Below, in pieces: positions 15,201-27,600 of a DNA stretch of 64,000 bases; within the stretch, counting starts at the first letter, position 1, and the number at the start of each line of letters is the position of its first letter. Source of the stretch: Phoronis australis. Taxonomy: Eukaryota; Animalia; Phoronida. The notes beneath the pieces are model-generated. The model worked only from the letters and a program-made list of their open reading frames with translations. It did not search any database and was not told the DNA's origin. The stretch is taken from positions 62,001 through 126,000 of the forward strand of contig NMRA01000032.1 in NCBI GenBank assembly GCA_002633005.1, given 5' to 3'. The position numbers and the translations under genes are program-made.

Positions 15201-18200
15201 GTTGACGGAGTTGATATCTGGTCTTTTCTAAAGAGCATTCGTTTTGACTGGTTCATAACTTTTTTTAATCTCTCTGGTAACTTGTAATACATGTTATAGG
15301 AATATCTCCACTGTCTTTGTAAGTATTTAACATTCACTCCAACCAATCCGTTATTCAGTCTTATTGAATTTGAACATTCTTCTCAACTTAAAATGAAAAG
15401 TGGGACAGGGAATAAATATTTTCTTTGGGGTGAACTAAAACAACATTTTCTTGGACCCTGCGCATACAGAGACAGCCTCTGACCAAAGTGACGCGGAGGG
15501 TCGTATTAGGGCGTTGGCGGAGCAGCTCAAGAGACGTAAGAGTGAGGCAGAGAGACTGAAGAAGGAGCAGAAGAAGCGACAGAAGGACCGTCTGAAGGCA
15601 AAGGAGGCATCACTACTTAAGCAAATTGAGGTGAGTTGGTGACTATAGGGGTTTCACTGAGGTCAGCCTTAGACCCTGGCTTTGCCATGAGGGGGAAGAG
15701 CATGGCCACATCCCTGTTGTTCATTAGAAAAAGGCATTCACGCTGGTCAAAATTTGTTTCAGTTTTGCAATTTAGAAACCCCTTCTTCATTCAAAGTGTC
15801 CCAGTGTTGCCGTTAATTTCAAACCACTTCTCTATCAGTTGCCAACTATTTCGCGCTTCGTCCCCTCGTGTTGAATATTTCTGATCATATCACTGGCCTT
15901 ACAAGACAGTCTAACCTCATTACATTGTGCCTTGTAAATAATAGTTATTACTGGACTCCGACTATGAAAGTTAAGCTGGTGTGGTAACGACATAGGAACA
16001 AGGTTTTTACCTTATTCATAAGTCAAAGATTATTATTGTCTACATATTGAATCATTTGATGTTGACCCAACCTTGGCAGGGATTGTGGAAGATTCCAACT
16101 TCCTCAATTTTAGCTGCAAGTATGGTCTAACTCTCACTGAATTATGTTGTTTTACTGTAAGCAATTTGTAGATTGAGAAGATATATTAACCACATCACCA
16201 ATTGTATTCCAAATGTTCACCCCACCTTTATTATGTACGCAGGCTTACGACAATGTGATCAGCCAGGTGAAGGCAGACCTTCAGTATGAGCTTGAACATG
16301 AACCAATTAAAAACGGGGTCAAACCACAGATCAAGCAACCTCGTGTGGCTGAGTCCAAAAGGTTGAAGAAACCACAGGTAGTTAAATGGCTCTGTTAGCC
16401 GTTTGGTGAAGAAACCAAGGGTTGTAGTAATACTTAACTATTGACCTACATGGTAAAATAATGGGCCAAAATTGTGTTTCCCCTCAATGACGGGTGAGGA
16501 CTCATCATCGGTCTTTTCAGCTGCTCTCATTGTGAATTTATTTAAACTTCTTTAAAAGATTTTCTGACCACTTCAGTGAACTCACTAATTTCCAAGTGGA
16601 CCCAGTGGGAAATAATTACGTGAAATGGTTAATGAAGTAAATAAATTAGTTTAGTGTTTATAAATTAGTTACTTTGTACAATTAGATGAATAAACAAAAT
16701 AGAGTAAAATAATGATTAGCTGAGGCTACAGTCCCGATTCAGGCACAGAGTCCCTGTACTTCTGTTTAAAGACGTGGACATTGGGCTCGTTCGTGACGGT
16801 AGTCCGCACTCCATTGTAAGTGACGGTACCTCCGTAAGCAAAAAGCAAAAAAATTTTTGCCGCAGATGTTTTTAGGTTCATATGGCACCAGGCAGCCATA
16901 AACACTTACTCTTGACCATTATGATGGGAATTTCTGCTTTCAGTCTGTTGTCATTATGTGGAGTTATTGGTTGTAGTGTCAGATTATCTGTGACATTTTG
17001 TAATTACGGACAGGTGTCGTTAGAGTCTATTGTTAGCCACCATAGGGTAATTCTTGAAGAAACCACTTGAGTAGTCAAACCGTTCTGTTAAGTTTCTCTT
17101 TGACGTTTTTTTTTTAAACACCACTAGAGGGAGTTGTGTGAGTGCAGTTGATATTTGTACCAGTAAATAATTATTGTGAAGCTTTGTTTTACGATCTAGG
17201 GGAATGTTTTGAATTGGTTACGCTCATATGCCGAGCACTGTTTACTGTGACGGGCCCCCAATTCATTAACACCACTGACAGCGTGTCGTTGGTTGAGACC
17301 ACACTCACTATGTTGACTTCACCTGCAGTCAGTCTTGTGTTTAGCATGGCTCCAAATAATGACATACTCGTCTTCGTGGGCCCACACATCACTCCATATT
17401 GGAGTCCGAAACGAGTTGAAATCAAAGAAAATGGTCAAAATCAAATGTTAATGTCTATGATAAAATCACTACAGCTTTACATTGTCACTGTCATTTGTGC
17501 TTGCCTTAAGAATCAGTTTCACATTATTTATGTCATCCTGTGTTTCACTCTGCCAGGAGCCGGTCATTGTCAAGGAGACCCCGCCAGCTGCTACGTCGAC
17601 CCCGGCTCTTAAACAAAGGTCTGAGTCCGAAAGCAGTAAATCTAGTGTGTCCAGCTATGACGACAACAAAGATGGTGGTGAGAGCTATAGTCCGTTCAGT
17701 CAACCACTGTCTCCTGCCCTCGATGGTATGAATTAATTGATGACTCTCATTGCTATACAGTAGTTATCAAAATATTGGCGAATTGTGACAAAAATTGCCC
17801 ATCAATTGAAAGTTGTGATGAAAAACCTTAGTTTGTGCATCTCAATTGTTTGGAAATTAGATAAAACTTTTACTTTGATATTGTGCCAATTCTCATCGAG
17901 AATAAACTATGCCAGCTTTTTGTTATCATTACTTAGTTTGCACTCCTGCAGCCTGTGCCCTTAGTGTCTTCTTAAGACATTTGAAGATTACTGTCACCTT
18001 CATTTCTTTTTTAAGTAAAGCGAAATTGTAGTTGGTTTTCAACTCTGCATTTTTTAAATTCCAAGCGTTAAAGAGTAGTTGAAAGTGAATGGCATTTCTT
18101 CATCACGTTTCTGTTTTCAGACACACTGCGTGCACAAACAACACCTTCACCCATGCGAGTTGACTCAGACGTACAAGGCCGTCCCCTGTCCAGTGCTATT

Positions 18201-21200
18201 GAGAGTCTTAAATCACCACCCGCCTCCTTTAAGAAATCATTTGCATCATCCATCTCAGATCGGTTTTCTCAGGACATCCCTAGCCGCAGTGAATCCATAA
18301 GAACGGCAACTCAACTGTCCAAGACTTCAGAAAAGCCAAGTATATCTGAGAGGCTTTCTGCTAGAAGCATGATGTCACCCAGAGCTGAGGATGTGACGCA
18401 GTCTGGTAGTATTAAACCAGTGGTAAAGTCAGAAGTTGATTCTATTCAGGCGGATTTAGAAAAATCTGCGAAGAAGGTTGATAGTGAAACTATCTCAGAG
18501 AGGATTCCAAGCTATAGCGATAACTTTGACACTACAAATGACTCTATCAAGTCTGTCCTTGCCAGCCCAAGCGATAAGTCGACTCCACTGTCAAAAGGTG
18601 ATGTTAGAACTAGGTCTGTGGATGAATCTTTGAAATCGGTTATCGATGAAACAAAAGAAGCAGTCCAACATGAAGGCACTTCAGAAAATGTGTTGAGTTA
18701 CAGTGACAGTTTTGACTCGGCCGACTCTGTGAAGTCAGTTGCCGAATCTGTAAAATCAGTTGCTGATTCAGTGAAATCTGTCGCTGAATCGNTCGCTCCT
18801 CCGGAAAAAGTAGAACGCTTCGTGCCCGAAACAGAAGTGGCTGAGGAGGAAGATTCTGTCCTGAGTGAGAAGTCTGGGCTAAGTGCGGGAGGTGTTTCTG
18901 GTGAGAAAGAAGATGACAAGAAACAAACTGATATTTTTAAGGAAGTGGATAAGAGTCCTGGAGGTGAGAATCTGTCTTTGACAGGTAAAGAAGATCGCAG
19001 TGAGTCGGTCATTGATGAAGTGTCCATAGCCACAGACAGTGAGCTGGACCGTGTTATCAGCTCGGCAGCTCTAGCTGTCGAGGAGTTTGGCATCGCCACG
19101 CCTGACGATGTCATGAGTGCCGCAGCTACACCCCGTGCTGACAATGCTGTACAGGAGGTGTCGCCTCCAGCTGAAGGTCTGACTCTTGAGCAGCATGTGG
19201 ACAGAATAACTGATAGCCTCACGGCGCTGGTTGTCAAGGACTCGCTTGATGCGCTGGCCAGTATCACCGCCAAGAAAACCAAGGAAATGACAACGGCTGT
19301 AATACCTGAAGTTAAGTCTCCAGTCAAGGGAGATCCAACAAAAGTAGATGATCCCAGTCGACCACCAAAGTCGACGTTTTTGGAGTTGCTGACCCGGTCA
19401 GAATCGGGGCAAGACGATTCGGTTGACAATGACATTCCGGAAGAACTTAGCTTTGAGGCTGGTGAGGTGTCCGAGATCGTCCCATTTCCTGAACAGAAGA
19501 CTGCTAAAGGAGATGCTGTTGCACCTCAAAAAGCAACTAAAGCTGAGGATAGGGTTGACTTGGCAACAGACTCTGTGATACAGGCTCTTCTCGGTTCCAC
19601 CCTCGGAAATCTAATCTCTCTACGCAAAAAGCAGAGACAGAAGTTAACCACAACCACTGCCATAACAGAGACTGACGGTGGCTCTCCGACCACACCACCG
19701 CCAGAATCACCAGGCAGTCCCCCGCACACCCCCTTTACACCCGACTCGGAGACAGATGAGCAAGAGAGCTTCAATGATTCGCTGCCACTGACTGATGACC
19801 TCTTCGAGAACAGAATTCAGATTGAGGTCGCCGATTCACCACTGCCCCGACCAGTTTCACCTGTGTTAGGAGAGCCGGCGACACCCATACCGGTAAGACC
19901 GTCTCATTAGTGGTAGATTATTAAAAGACTTTCTAGATGTTCGCAAGTAACTACATAGTCATCAAAACCTTTTTAGTTTCAATTAAGCATTATCTACTTT
20001 TTCTTATAGTTATTCGCTCAGTCAAAAGGAAACTTAACTTGCATTGTATAAAATCATATCATTTTTCATTGGTTTCCTTATCATTTGTTTCCACACATTA
20101 TTTGTGTGCCAAATGTACGAGTTGTTTGGGACAATTATGAGCAACTTTAACAATGTGTTTAATCTTCACCAATAATTTCCCCTGCTTCTACTGTTTTCAT
20201 GTTAAACTGTCTTTAAGCAGCGTTGGTTTTATATTTCACAGAGCCATACCTTTGACTTCTCCAGTGGAGATGTGTTCACAGACAATTTTACTGACCAGTG
20301 GATAGATGATGACTTCGGCCTCGGTGGTAGGGTTCCCAACAGACCCCCACCACCTTATCCCGGCACTCCCGGAGAACAGCGCGCATTAGGTAAGGCCATT
20401 ACGTTAGAAAGAAAGTTGGGCACAATACATCTGTCAAGTGATGCTCCATTGTGTTCAACTTTTCATAAAAGACAAGATTCACTCTTTCTTATCAGGGGTT
20501 ATGGAACTGTCACTTCACAACAATTGTTCAAGCATTTCTTACTAGTATGTAGTTAGCTTTTGAAATTCAAAAAATGTTTAATTTTCAGCACTTTTCTCAA
20601 ATGGAAGACTTTTACCGTTTGTTTGGATGGATATTGTTTCAAATGAATTTTCTTTCTATGGTGACTTTTGATGTTAGTCTCGTATATTTTTCATAAATTT
20701 TGGAACTAATTGACTTCTACATAAATTTTGCTGTTTTCCAGGTGAAGTTACAAAACTAGACTTGCAGCGACTGACTGAGGAGCTGTTTTATGCGGTGCCT
20801 CACCGTCGCGAGGACATCGTGAACTTGTCGCACCGCACTGTCGACCACTACTGGAACTTGCGACGGTACGGCGAGGACTGGGACAACGTTCAGCCACCGG
20901 AGGACTACTTCAACTCACCTGACGAAAAAGAGGATGCTGGTGGTGCCGAGGGTGGCGCGGGTGGTGCAGACGTGGAGGGCACCAGTCGGCGAGTGTTCAA
21001 GAGGCTGGTGTTTGAGTTGACTGGAGAGATAATTGAAGATATCTACAAGGACGAAGAGGAGACAGACCCACTACCGTGGGCGCGGCCGAAATACGTACAG
21101 AGGAAGTATATTAAAGGTGAGTGATTAGTTGGGGTTAAGGATCACTCACCTGTATTAAATTCACATTTAATGCGACATCGTTTTGACGTTTTGGACCCAG

Positions 21201-22258
21201 TTAAATAATTAAAATGAAAATGCCAAAATTAAAAACAATATTAATCATTAGGCCAGATTTAAGTAGCACTGTTTAATTGCTTTGAAAATTATTACCTGGC
21301 TAGTATGCACCTGGTCATGGTTAAACCTTCTCAACTCCCCGAGAGCATACAATGGGTGCAACCGTTGTCGGACATCACAGATTAATCCAAATTCAAATGT
21401 TTAAGTGCCACTTTGTTTACTTCAATCGAAAAAGAATCCTAGTCCTGCAAAAAATTTAAAATACGCGACTGACTGTATTTTTAGCAATAGCTGTGTCTCC
21501 AAATTGCATCATTTCAGTGGCAGCTGTGCCATCTTTAAACATCCGAATTGTGAGGTTGGGTCAGGGACCGTAGGTCAGAATTCACTGTCCTGTTCATCTG
21601 TACCTCTAGGAAGGAATCTATTGGGGATAAGGATCATTTCCCATTGCTTATCAGCTCTATGAAATGTGGTCAAGAGTAAAGGGATAACAGAGTTGTTGCA
21701 GCACATTCCATGATGATGGATTTCAATATTAGAATCAGTCATATCATGCAACACTACATATCCTTAGCCAGTATGCATATTTTTATGTCATCCTGTTTGC
21801 AGTATTGCACCTCAGCACAGGATCTATGTTACTTCTAATGTTATTGATTTTTTCGTGACGATAGCAAAATCTTCGAATTAGTAATTATGTATGGCTTTGC
21901 TTAGGAGTGTGTTCGTGTTGCAAATTAAGCATATTTCTCATCCTTTGCAGGCAAGACACCTCCGACTACGTCGGACATTTTGAAAGAGATCGTAGATAAT
22001 CACATCGGCCACCTATCGGTGTCGTCAACGAAGCCGCGTAAAACGCAGCACAAGTCACACAAGGTGGGTGGACGTAAAAAGAAAGACCAAGTTGACAGTA
22101 TTTTAGTGCAGGAACTGAGAGAGGAAGAGCCTATGTGGGTAGATTATAGCGTCGACGAGATGGCCGTCAAGTTGCAACTTAGTGACGCCATCTTTGACTC
22201 GTTATTGGTGGAGACTGGCAATTTGGTGAACGAGATAATGTCAAAACGGACAACGTAG
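266..22258 (+). CDS. CEP350: Centrosome-associated protein 350-like, 3' part (5' exons lie upstream of the window); 19 coding exons, about 1703 aa visible
   Basis: GT-AG exons with consistent phases: 266-406, 1797-2073, 2610-2777, 7699-7817, 8200-8367, 9004-9186 (alternative donor after 9174), 10095-10140, 10616-10733, 11591-11787, 12138-12402, 13210-13311, 14802-15061, 15470-15630, 16243-16377, 17557-17725, 18121-19892, 20242-20389, 20742-21116, 21951-22258 (TAG). Translation shows CEP350 hallmark blocks: DSFNKFTTDMVKQYVREEEMRAQHQAALLNLREKALKEKTRAEMAWLE, KFLTLREQKL..RR..AEQLLEWKKRLD, ETASDQSDAEGRIRAL, WIDDDFGL and the DUF4378-type C-terminus VDSILVQELREEEPMWVDY..DEMAVKLQLSDAIFDSLL. Confidence 0.93.
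3782..3850 (+). CDS. CEP350: Candidate 69-nt frame-preserving cassette exon of CEP350
   Basis: Long pyrimidine tract and TAG acceptor (AG at 3780-3781), CG|GTAAGG donor at 3851. It is phase 1-1, matching the flanking exons, and open: (D)YHSRWGHVTRRDASLSYLSSLS. Confidence 0.5.
5740..6605. mobile_element. Probable non-autonomous repeat (Helentron/HINE-like) with internal degenerate repeats
   Basis: Three internal related units (ctact...gcacccctagtgg, gctccccttagtgg, gtgcccccttgtga) and a ...gcggtgctcttgtt end. It interrupts a stretch rich in ttgaacagca-like words that resumes after it. Boundaries are approximate. Confidence 0.3.
8851..8962. repeat. Degenerate (CAC/CAT)n trinucleotide repeat in a CEP350 intron
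   Basis: Visible caccaccatcaccaccacatccatcacc tract; it explains the Thr/His-rich spurious ORF 8687..9094. Confidence 0.85.
13302..13379 (+). repeat. Tandem duplication of about 39 bp covering a CEP350 exon end and 5' splice site
   Basis: gtcaggcaaagtaagttgaacactgt..tatagtggag occurs twice, giving GT donors at 13312 and 13351. Confidence 0.85.
21325..21400 (-). mobile_element. SINE remnant resembling the Nin/Deu conserved domain
   Basis: The minus strand at 21351-21329 reads tgtatgctctcggggagttgaga, close to the Nin-domain core as I recall it (ctgtatgctccccagggagttgag). Confidence 0.4.
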
Positions 22259-23111
22259 TGTACATGGGAGGGAGTGTCAATAACGTAGTCACGCGAGTTT
22301 GTCTCGCATCTCGCGTGGTCTGTGTTAGATTAGACTTTAGGGAGCCTGTACACTGCTGATTACATTCTTGCCGTAATATTAGGGCAATCTTACATTATCT
22401 GTTGGTTGGCTGTCTTTGTTACGCAGTATCTTTGCTTTAATGTAGAAACTAAACTTTGTGTAACTTATGTAAACATTTCTTAAAACTGCATTTCGTTGAT
22501 GTTTAGCTGCTAATATTCGTTTCCCTGATAGGACTCTATTTACCATTTACCATCAAGAACAAAGAAACCTCCAGTGACTCAAGAAAATGTTTCAGTCAAT
22601 CAGGGCTATCCAACCCCAAAATTTCGTGTTCAAAATTGTACCCATTGCACGCGACTCGAGTTACCAGCTCATTCAACATTTCAACATTGGTTGGACATTG
22701 AGATGTTTTGTTTAAAAATTCCAATATTGACGGCTAAACAGTGTCAAAATGCCTCTTTTAAATATCTGCGTTTTTTTAAGAAATTTTAGATTGATATTGA
22801 TTGAGTCTGCGAAATTAAAGACAATTTTTCCACTTTTAGCCAGTCTGAGATACATGTAAGTTGCTGGGAGTTAGTTTTTATGGTAGTTTTCTGCCTCTGT
22901 CATAATTTCATTAATTTTCTTTTCTGAAATTCTGAAAAGTCATGACATGTGAACTGAACTTATTTTACACTATGGAACACACTGTACTTTGTGTCTGTCA
23001 TTATGTAGATAATTTGTAAATATTATTTAAATTTTATGCATGAACAATGAACTCAAGTGTACAATGACTTTTAGTAAATGATTGTGTTTAAAATGTAAAT
23101 GTCATATTTGC

Positions 23112-23117
23112 AATAAA
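23112..23117 (+). terminator. Candidate polyadenylation signal of CEP350
   Basis: AATAAA about 850 nt after the stop, followed by a GT-rich stretch (cgttggcttgtgt). Confidence 0.55.
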
Positions 23118-23224
23118 ATGTACTTGAAAAATTAACACGTTGGCTTGTGTATTACAATTCTGACAAATACAAAACTTTGTCCAGTAGCGGTGAAAAAGTT
23201 GCTATGAACCTACAGAAACTACAA

Positions 23225-23294
23225 TTTATTTCGTTTCTACCAACCAGTGAGTAATTTACTATGGATATGCAGTTACTGTAGTTAACCATTTATT
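23225..23294 (-). terminator. Candidate polyadenylation signals of WDR31
   Basis: TTTATT on + (AATAAA on -) at 23225-23230 and 23289-23294, about 1.4 kb past the WDR31 stop. Confidence 0.35.
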
Positions 23295-23676
23295 TTCTGA
23301 CTGCCTTTCAACAAAAGTAGATCATGTACAGAGTACTCATAAGTATAATAATTTACATAGCCACATGGACGGATGAATATTAAATGAATCTTAAAGTTAT
23401 AATAACAGCTCAGTGTAAACTCTGACTTAAATAACTAGATTAACACAAAACAATGCAGGTATCTGACCTGTAAAGCCATGAGCAGCGGGTGTACAGTAGT
23501 TTTGGAAAAAGGACAATAATTTGACATTAAATTTCGGCACATAGAAAAACATCTAATATATCCATTCTTTTCGACTAGAATTGCTTCAATTGCAGACAAA
23601 ATCTGGAAAGGTGTTGCTCCATTCACGTCAAAATCCTGACAACCTACAGTCCAAGTGATTACATAAATGAACAATT

Positions 23677-23849
23677 CAGTGGCAGATCTACGATTTCAGT
23701 AAGGGGGGGGTTTAGGATTCGAAAGAATCCGAGGTGCGTTGCGCCGAGGAGAAGGAAGGTCGCGAGAGGTTTTCCCTCCGGTGTAAGATTTTTTGGGATT
23801 TTTAGTAGTTTAAACCCCCTGACCCCCCCCCCCTGTAGATCCGCCTCTG
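23677..23849. mobile_element. MITE with CAG..CTG termini and 5-bp TSD (hAT5-like)
   Basis: TIRs cagtggcagatctac / gtagatccgcctctg, flanked by caatt on both sides. Confidence 0.75.
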
Positions 23850-24674
23850 CAATTAGTGGCTGGGCTCGATAACAATACATTGCTGCGACAAAAGTTTAAC
23901 AATAACACTGTTTTATTATGATGAAAGTTTGACTAAACGGCTAATGTTTCTGGCTTAATGTTTATCCAAGTTTGGCACATTAGAGTCGATGTCTCAATCT
24001 TTTGAAAACTATTAACAGGCTTTCGATTGTTTCAACATACAAGACGAGACTCCTCACAGTTGGAACTGATCAAGGATCAAGTAAACCAAATGCATTGTTG
24101 CCAGGTTCCCTGAACGACTGTTATACTAGACCTGCTATCCGTAATGTGTGCACACTTTCATTGACAATATCACAGGATAACCTGCAGTTGATGGGGAGAC
24201 ATTTGATTTAACATGGCAAGGTCAGTTGGTGACAATTTCCTCACACTTCACAGTTTTCTTGACCGATGTTGATGCTGGTACTGAAGACGAGCTGACCAAA
24301 CCACAAAACTCCACTGCCATATATGTATATAACATGTTCTGGATACACCAAAGTGGGTGGACCCCATTCAAACTTATCACAACTGTTTCAATGACAAGTT
24401 GTTTGCAATAACATTCTCATTTTTAGGAAGAAAGGTCAAAGGGCATATTCCAAGTAATTCAAAATGTGCATACCGTCACAGCATCCTAGTATAACCACTA
24501 TAATACCCCTGACCAATGACTAATTTTTGTTGTTGTCAGGAAAATAATGACAAATATAATTGAGATTCGGGACACAAGACTAATGCGCAAGCTCTTTTAC
24601 TCCAGTGATAGTTGCATCAAAGTTTGAGCATGATGAGCAAGAGACAAGCTCAACAACACAGTATGTAGCACAGC

Positions 24675-27600
24675 TCAAAACTGTGCCTCTCTTGATAAAG
24701 CGTACGCCTCACCTGCCAGACACAGTGACAGAACATGGATTCCTTCGTTAAATGTACCAGCACATAACCTGTAACACGAAAAGTGAGTTAAAGGGTTTAT
24801 AGCCAGGTCAGGTACATGTAAATGCTTTTCAACTTAGCGCAGGACATGGCAGAAAATTCATATTTTGTTTTATGAANGAAATTTTATTTAACAATTGAAA
24901 CTAACAGAAAGAAATGCTTTACTCCCTGATTGGCCTGATTCTCACTATGCAGCCATCACAATGAAAACTTACTAAGCATTTTGAAGGTAAATGTAGTCAC
25001 TGTTAGAAAAATAAAATAAATAAATTGTTGACAATTCATTGATACATTACCATAACGACAATGAAACATAATGCTGTTAGTACTCAAACAGAACAGTGAT
25101 CTCCAACTGACTTGTAAGTGACTTGTAACGAATGCATTGATATGCGTTAGATACATTGCACTAATTTGAAGACATATCTTCACAGAAGTAAGCTTGTGAA
25201 ACGTAATTTACCAATTCGGCTTATTCATTGAAAAAATGTTGAATTTTTATTTATGCATTATTAGAATTCCACACGTTTCTGAAAAACACATTATTTGAAA
25301 AAGCTAAAATGTCCATTTTAATATCAGTTTGAGTACCCTGTACAAGCTACACTATGGAGAATGCTTTAACACAGAATCAAAAAAAATGAAAGGTTTTGAA
25401 AACATATCTTAAGTCTGGTCAGCAGGCCACCCATGGCGACATCACATGGCGTGCCGCTGACCAAACTTAGAAATGTTTCCAATATGCATTTTCACACCGG
25501 TTTATGATGTATAAATTTAAATAAACGTTTCAGTGTACAATTATTACCGGCTAAGTCCCAAACAAAACCGACAACCAACAAAGGTTTGCTAATTAAAAGC
25601 AAGGTATGACGGACTACTTACTTCCCATTGTCATAAGCAGCTATAGACGTAATGGGCCCTGACCCAGGAATGTTTACACTTGCAACACAGTCTACAATTA
25701 TAATAAAGTTGTGTTATTACAATTCAGGGTGTGTTTACTTAACAACAACTGTCAAATGCATCGCAGGACAATTGTTAGCTCATAACCATCCAATGACATC
25801 ATAATTTGTATACAATGTAACACGAGTGATATAAAATTTGCGTTTCAGTTGTTAGAAGTTGTCAAGTGGCACTTATCTTGAGAATTTACTTTGCTGCTAA
25901 CATTCAATCTTTTATCGTTACATGACTGTTGCTTGCACCAAATGCATGTTGCAGTCGGCTCATGGTTTCAATTCTGGTGCACTCATATGTTTTTTACCTA
26001 GTGTTTACACGTCACCCAGTGCTGCAACTGGATGTTTACTATCTGATAGCTAACCCACAATGCACTTGAGAACTAACAACTGAAATACCCCAAATCCACC
26101 TGCTCAACGTTCAATAGTACAACATGCCCCGCGAATGACCACAAAACAGGCACGCAGAGTTCAAACTTGATCACAAAGATTGTGAGCCTGAGGCTACACA
26201 GTGATGGAAAACGCGCAACCTTCAAGTACGGTAAAGTCTTGCAATTTTCAGACAGCTGGCCATTTTTAAAACTTGGTATCGGCGCCAGCATATAGTAAAC
26301 AAACAAACAAGTTTAAAATGACACGGCCTTTTACAATGTTTACAAACAACAACATGACTGTGAAGGTCATGAACTATGAACCCATGTACTTTTATTTAGA
26401 TCACTCACTGCTACAAAATGAGGAAGCCATTTCTCGCCTTGCAAAGACCTCACTAATCGTTATTTGTTGAGCCCATGCTCGGACCCATAAAATGACACTG
26501 TGGTAAAGGCCATCCTGCAGAGCCTGATCTCAAACAAAAATGGACTGTCATATCTTTGAAAATTCTCAAAACATTCCAACTTGAATAACAAACAGTTTAA
26601 GACCAATTTCAATGCAAGTGATCTAAATCGAGATGTTTTTTGTGCTGGAAGGCAGGTTTACAGCTTTAACTCACAGGTATCAGAAAAGGTTTCAATTTGT
26701 TCTCAATAATTATGTGCGACTCACGCACGCGTGTACCCATTTGCAACCATGAAAACAAAATGACATCACTATGCCGAAACATGCTCGAATTTGAAGACTG
26801 AGCTTGTGATAGATCTGTACACAATTCAAAGACAAAGGTCCTGCTAACCAAAGCAAGAAAAAGTCTCAAAATACTCGTACGTCTCGTAATGTTATCAGTG
26901 ACTGCAAAGTTGACAGCAGGAACAGGCCCTGAAAGATTCCACAATTTTGGTGTAACCTTCAATTCTCTGTGGCGTAAGAAAAACAAGTGAAGATCTATTT
27001 TTACAGCATGAAAAGGGAACACTTCTCTAACCAGAAGTTTCCCTGGCAGACGTAATTGAGAGGTACATCTCAACTATTTCAGACAAAATATTTTTTTTGC
27101 CATTTTGTGCTTCCTATAAGGGAACGAGAAATGGACTGGTGACCAGTCGTCTATCGGTCAGAAAAATAACCAGCAGGTCAGCTAGTTTTTAAGCACACCG
27201 GCAGAAGAACAAACAGCTGATTGCAGGTTCTACATCAATGCACGCTACTGAATATTACCTTGATTCACAATAACTTGAATGTAATAGTTAAAGAAATGTT
27301 GCTATATGGCATAAGGATGAATTGAAATACTCCTCCACATGCGTTCATCATTTCCAGCATGCCCTGGATTCACGACCCAAATAGCAACCACACAGAGGAT
27401 TGAACTAACAAATCCCAGCACAATGTTACTTGCCTGGTCAAAGCGGTTGGACAACTAGAAAACAACTCGCTGCTGACCGATCGCACAAAAATTTGCCACC
27501 TGCATAGTAAATTGGAGACATTTTACTGAATTTACATATTAACCTAATACCACACATACCTCTGCTATTCTGGTCCCACACTTTCACACTACCATCGTTA

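Noticed and set aside
17142-17612. 156-aa ORF and its 78-aa antisense ORF as a hidden CAP-Gly exon or nested gene
   Set aside because: Neither has a CAP-Gly or other recognisable motif; the real exon starts at 17557 in a different frame.
18698-19774. Long antisense ORFs (245 aa and 82 aa) opposite the large CEP350 exon
   Set aside because: They are the shadow of a long coding exon, are low-complexity and show no domain signature.
22290-22317. Small hairpin (cacgcgag/ctcgcgtg) just after the CEP350 stop as a SECIS or readthrough element
   Set aside because: The stop is TAG at the expected family C-terminus, there is no SECIS core, and an 8-bp stem can arise by chance.
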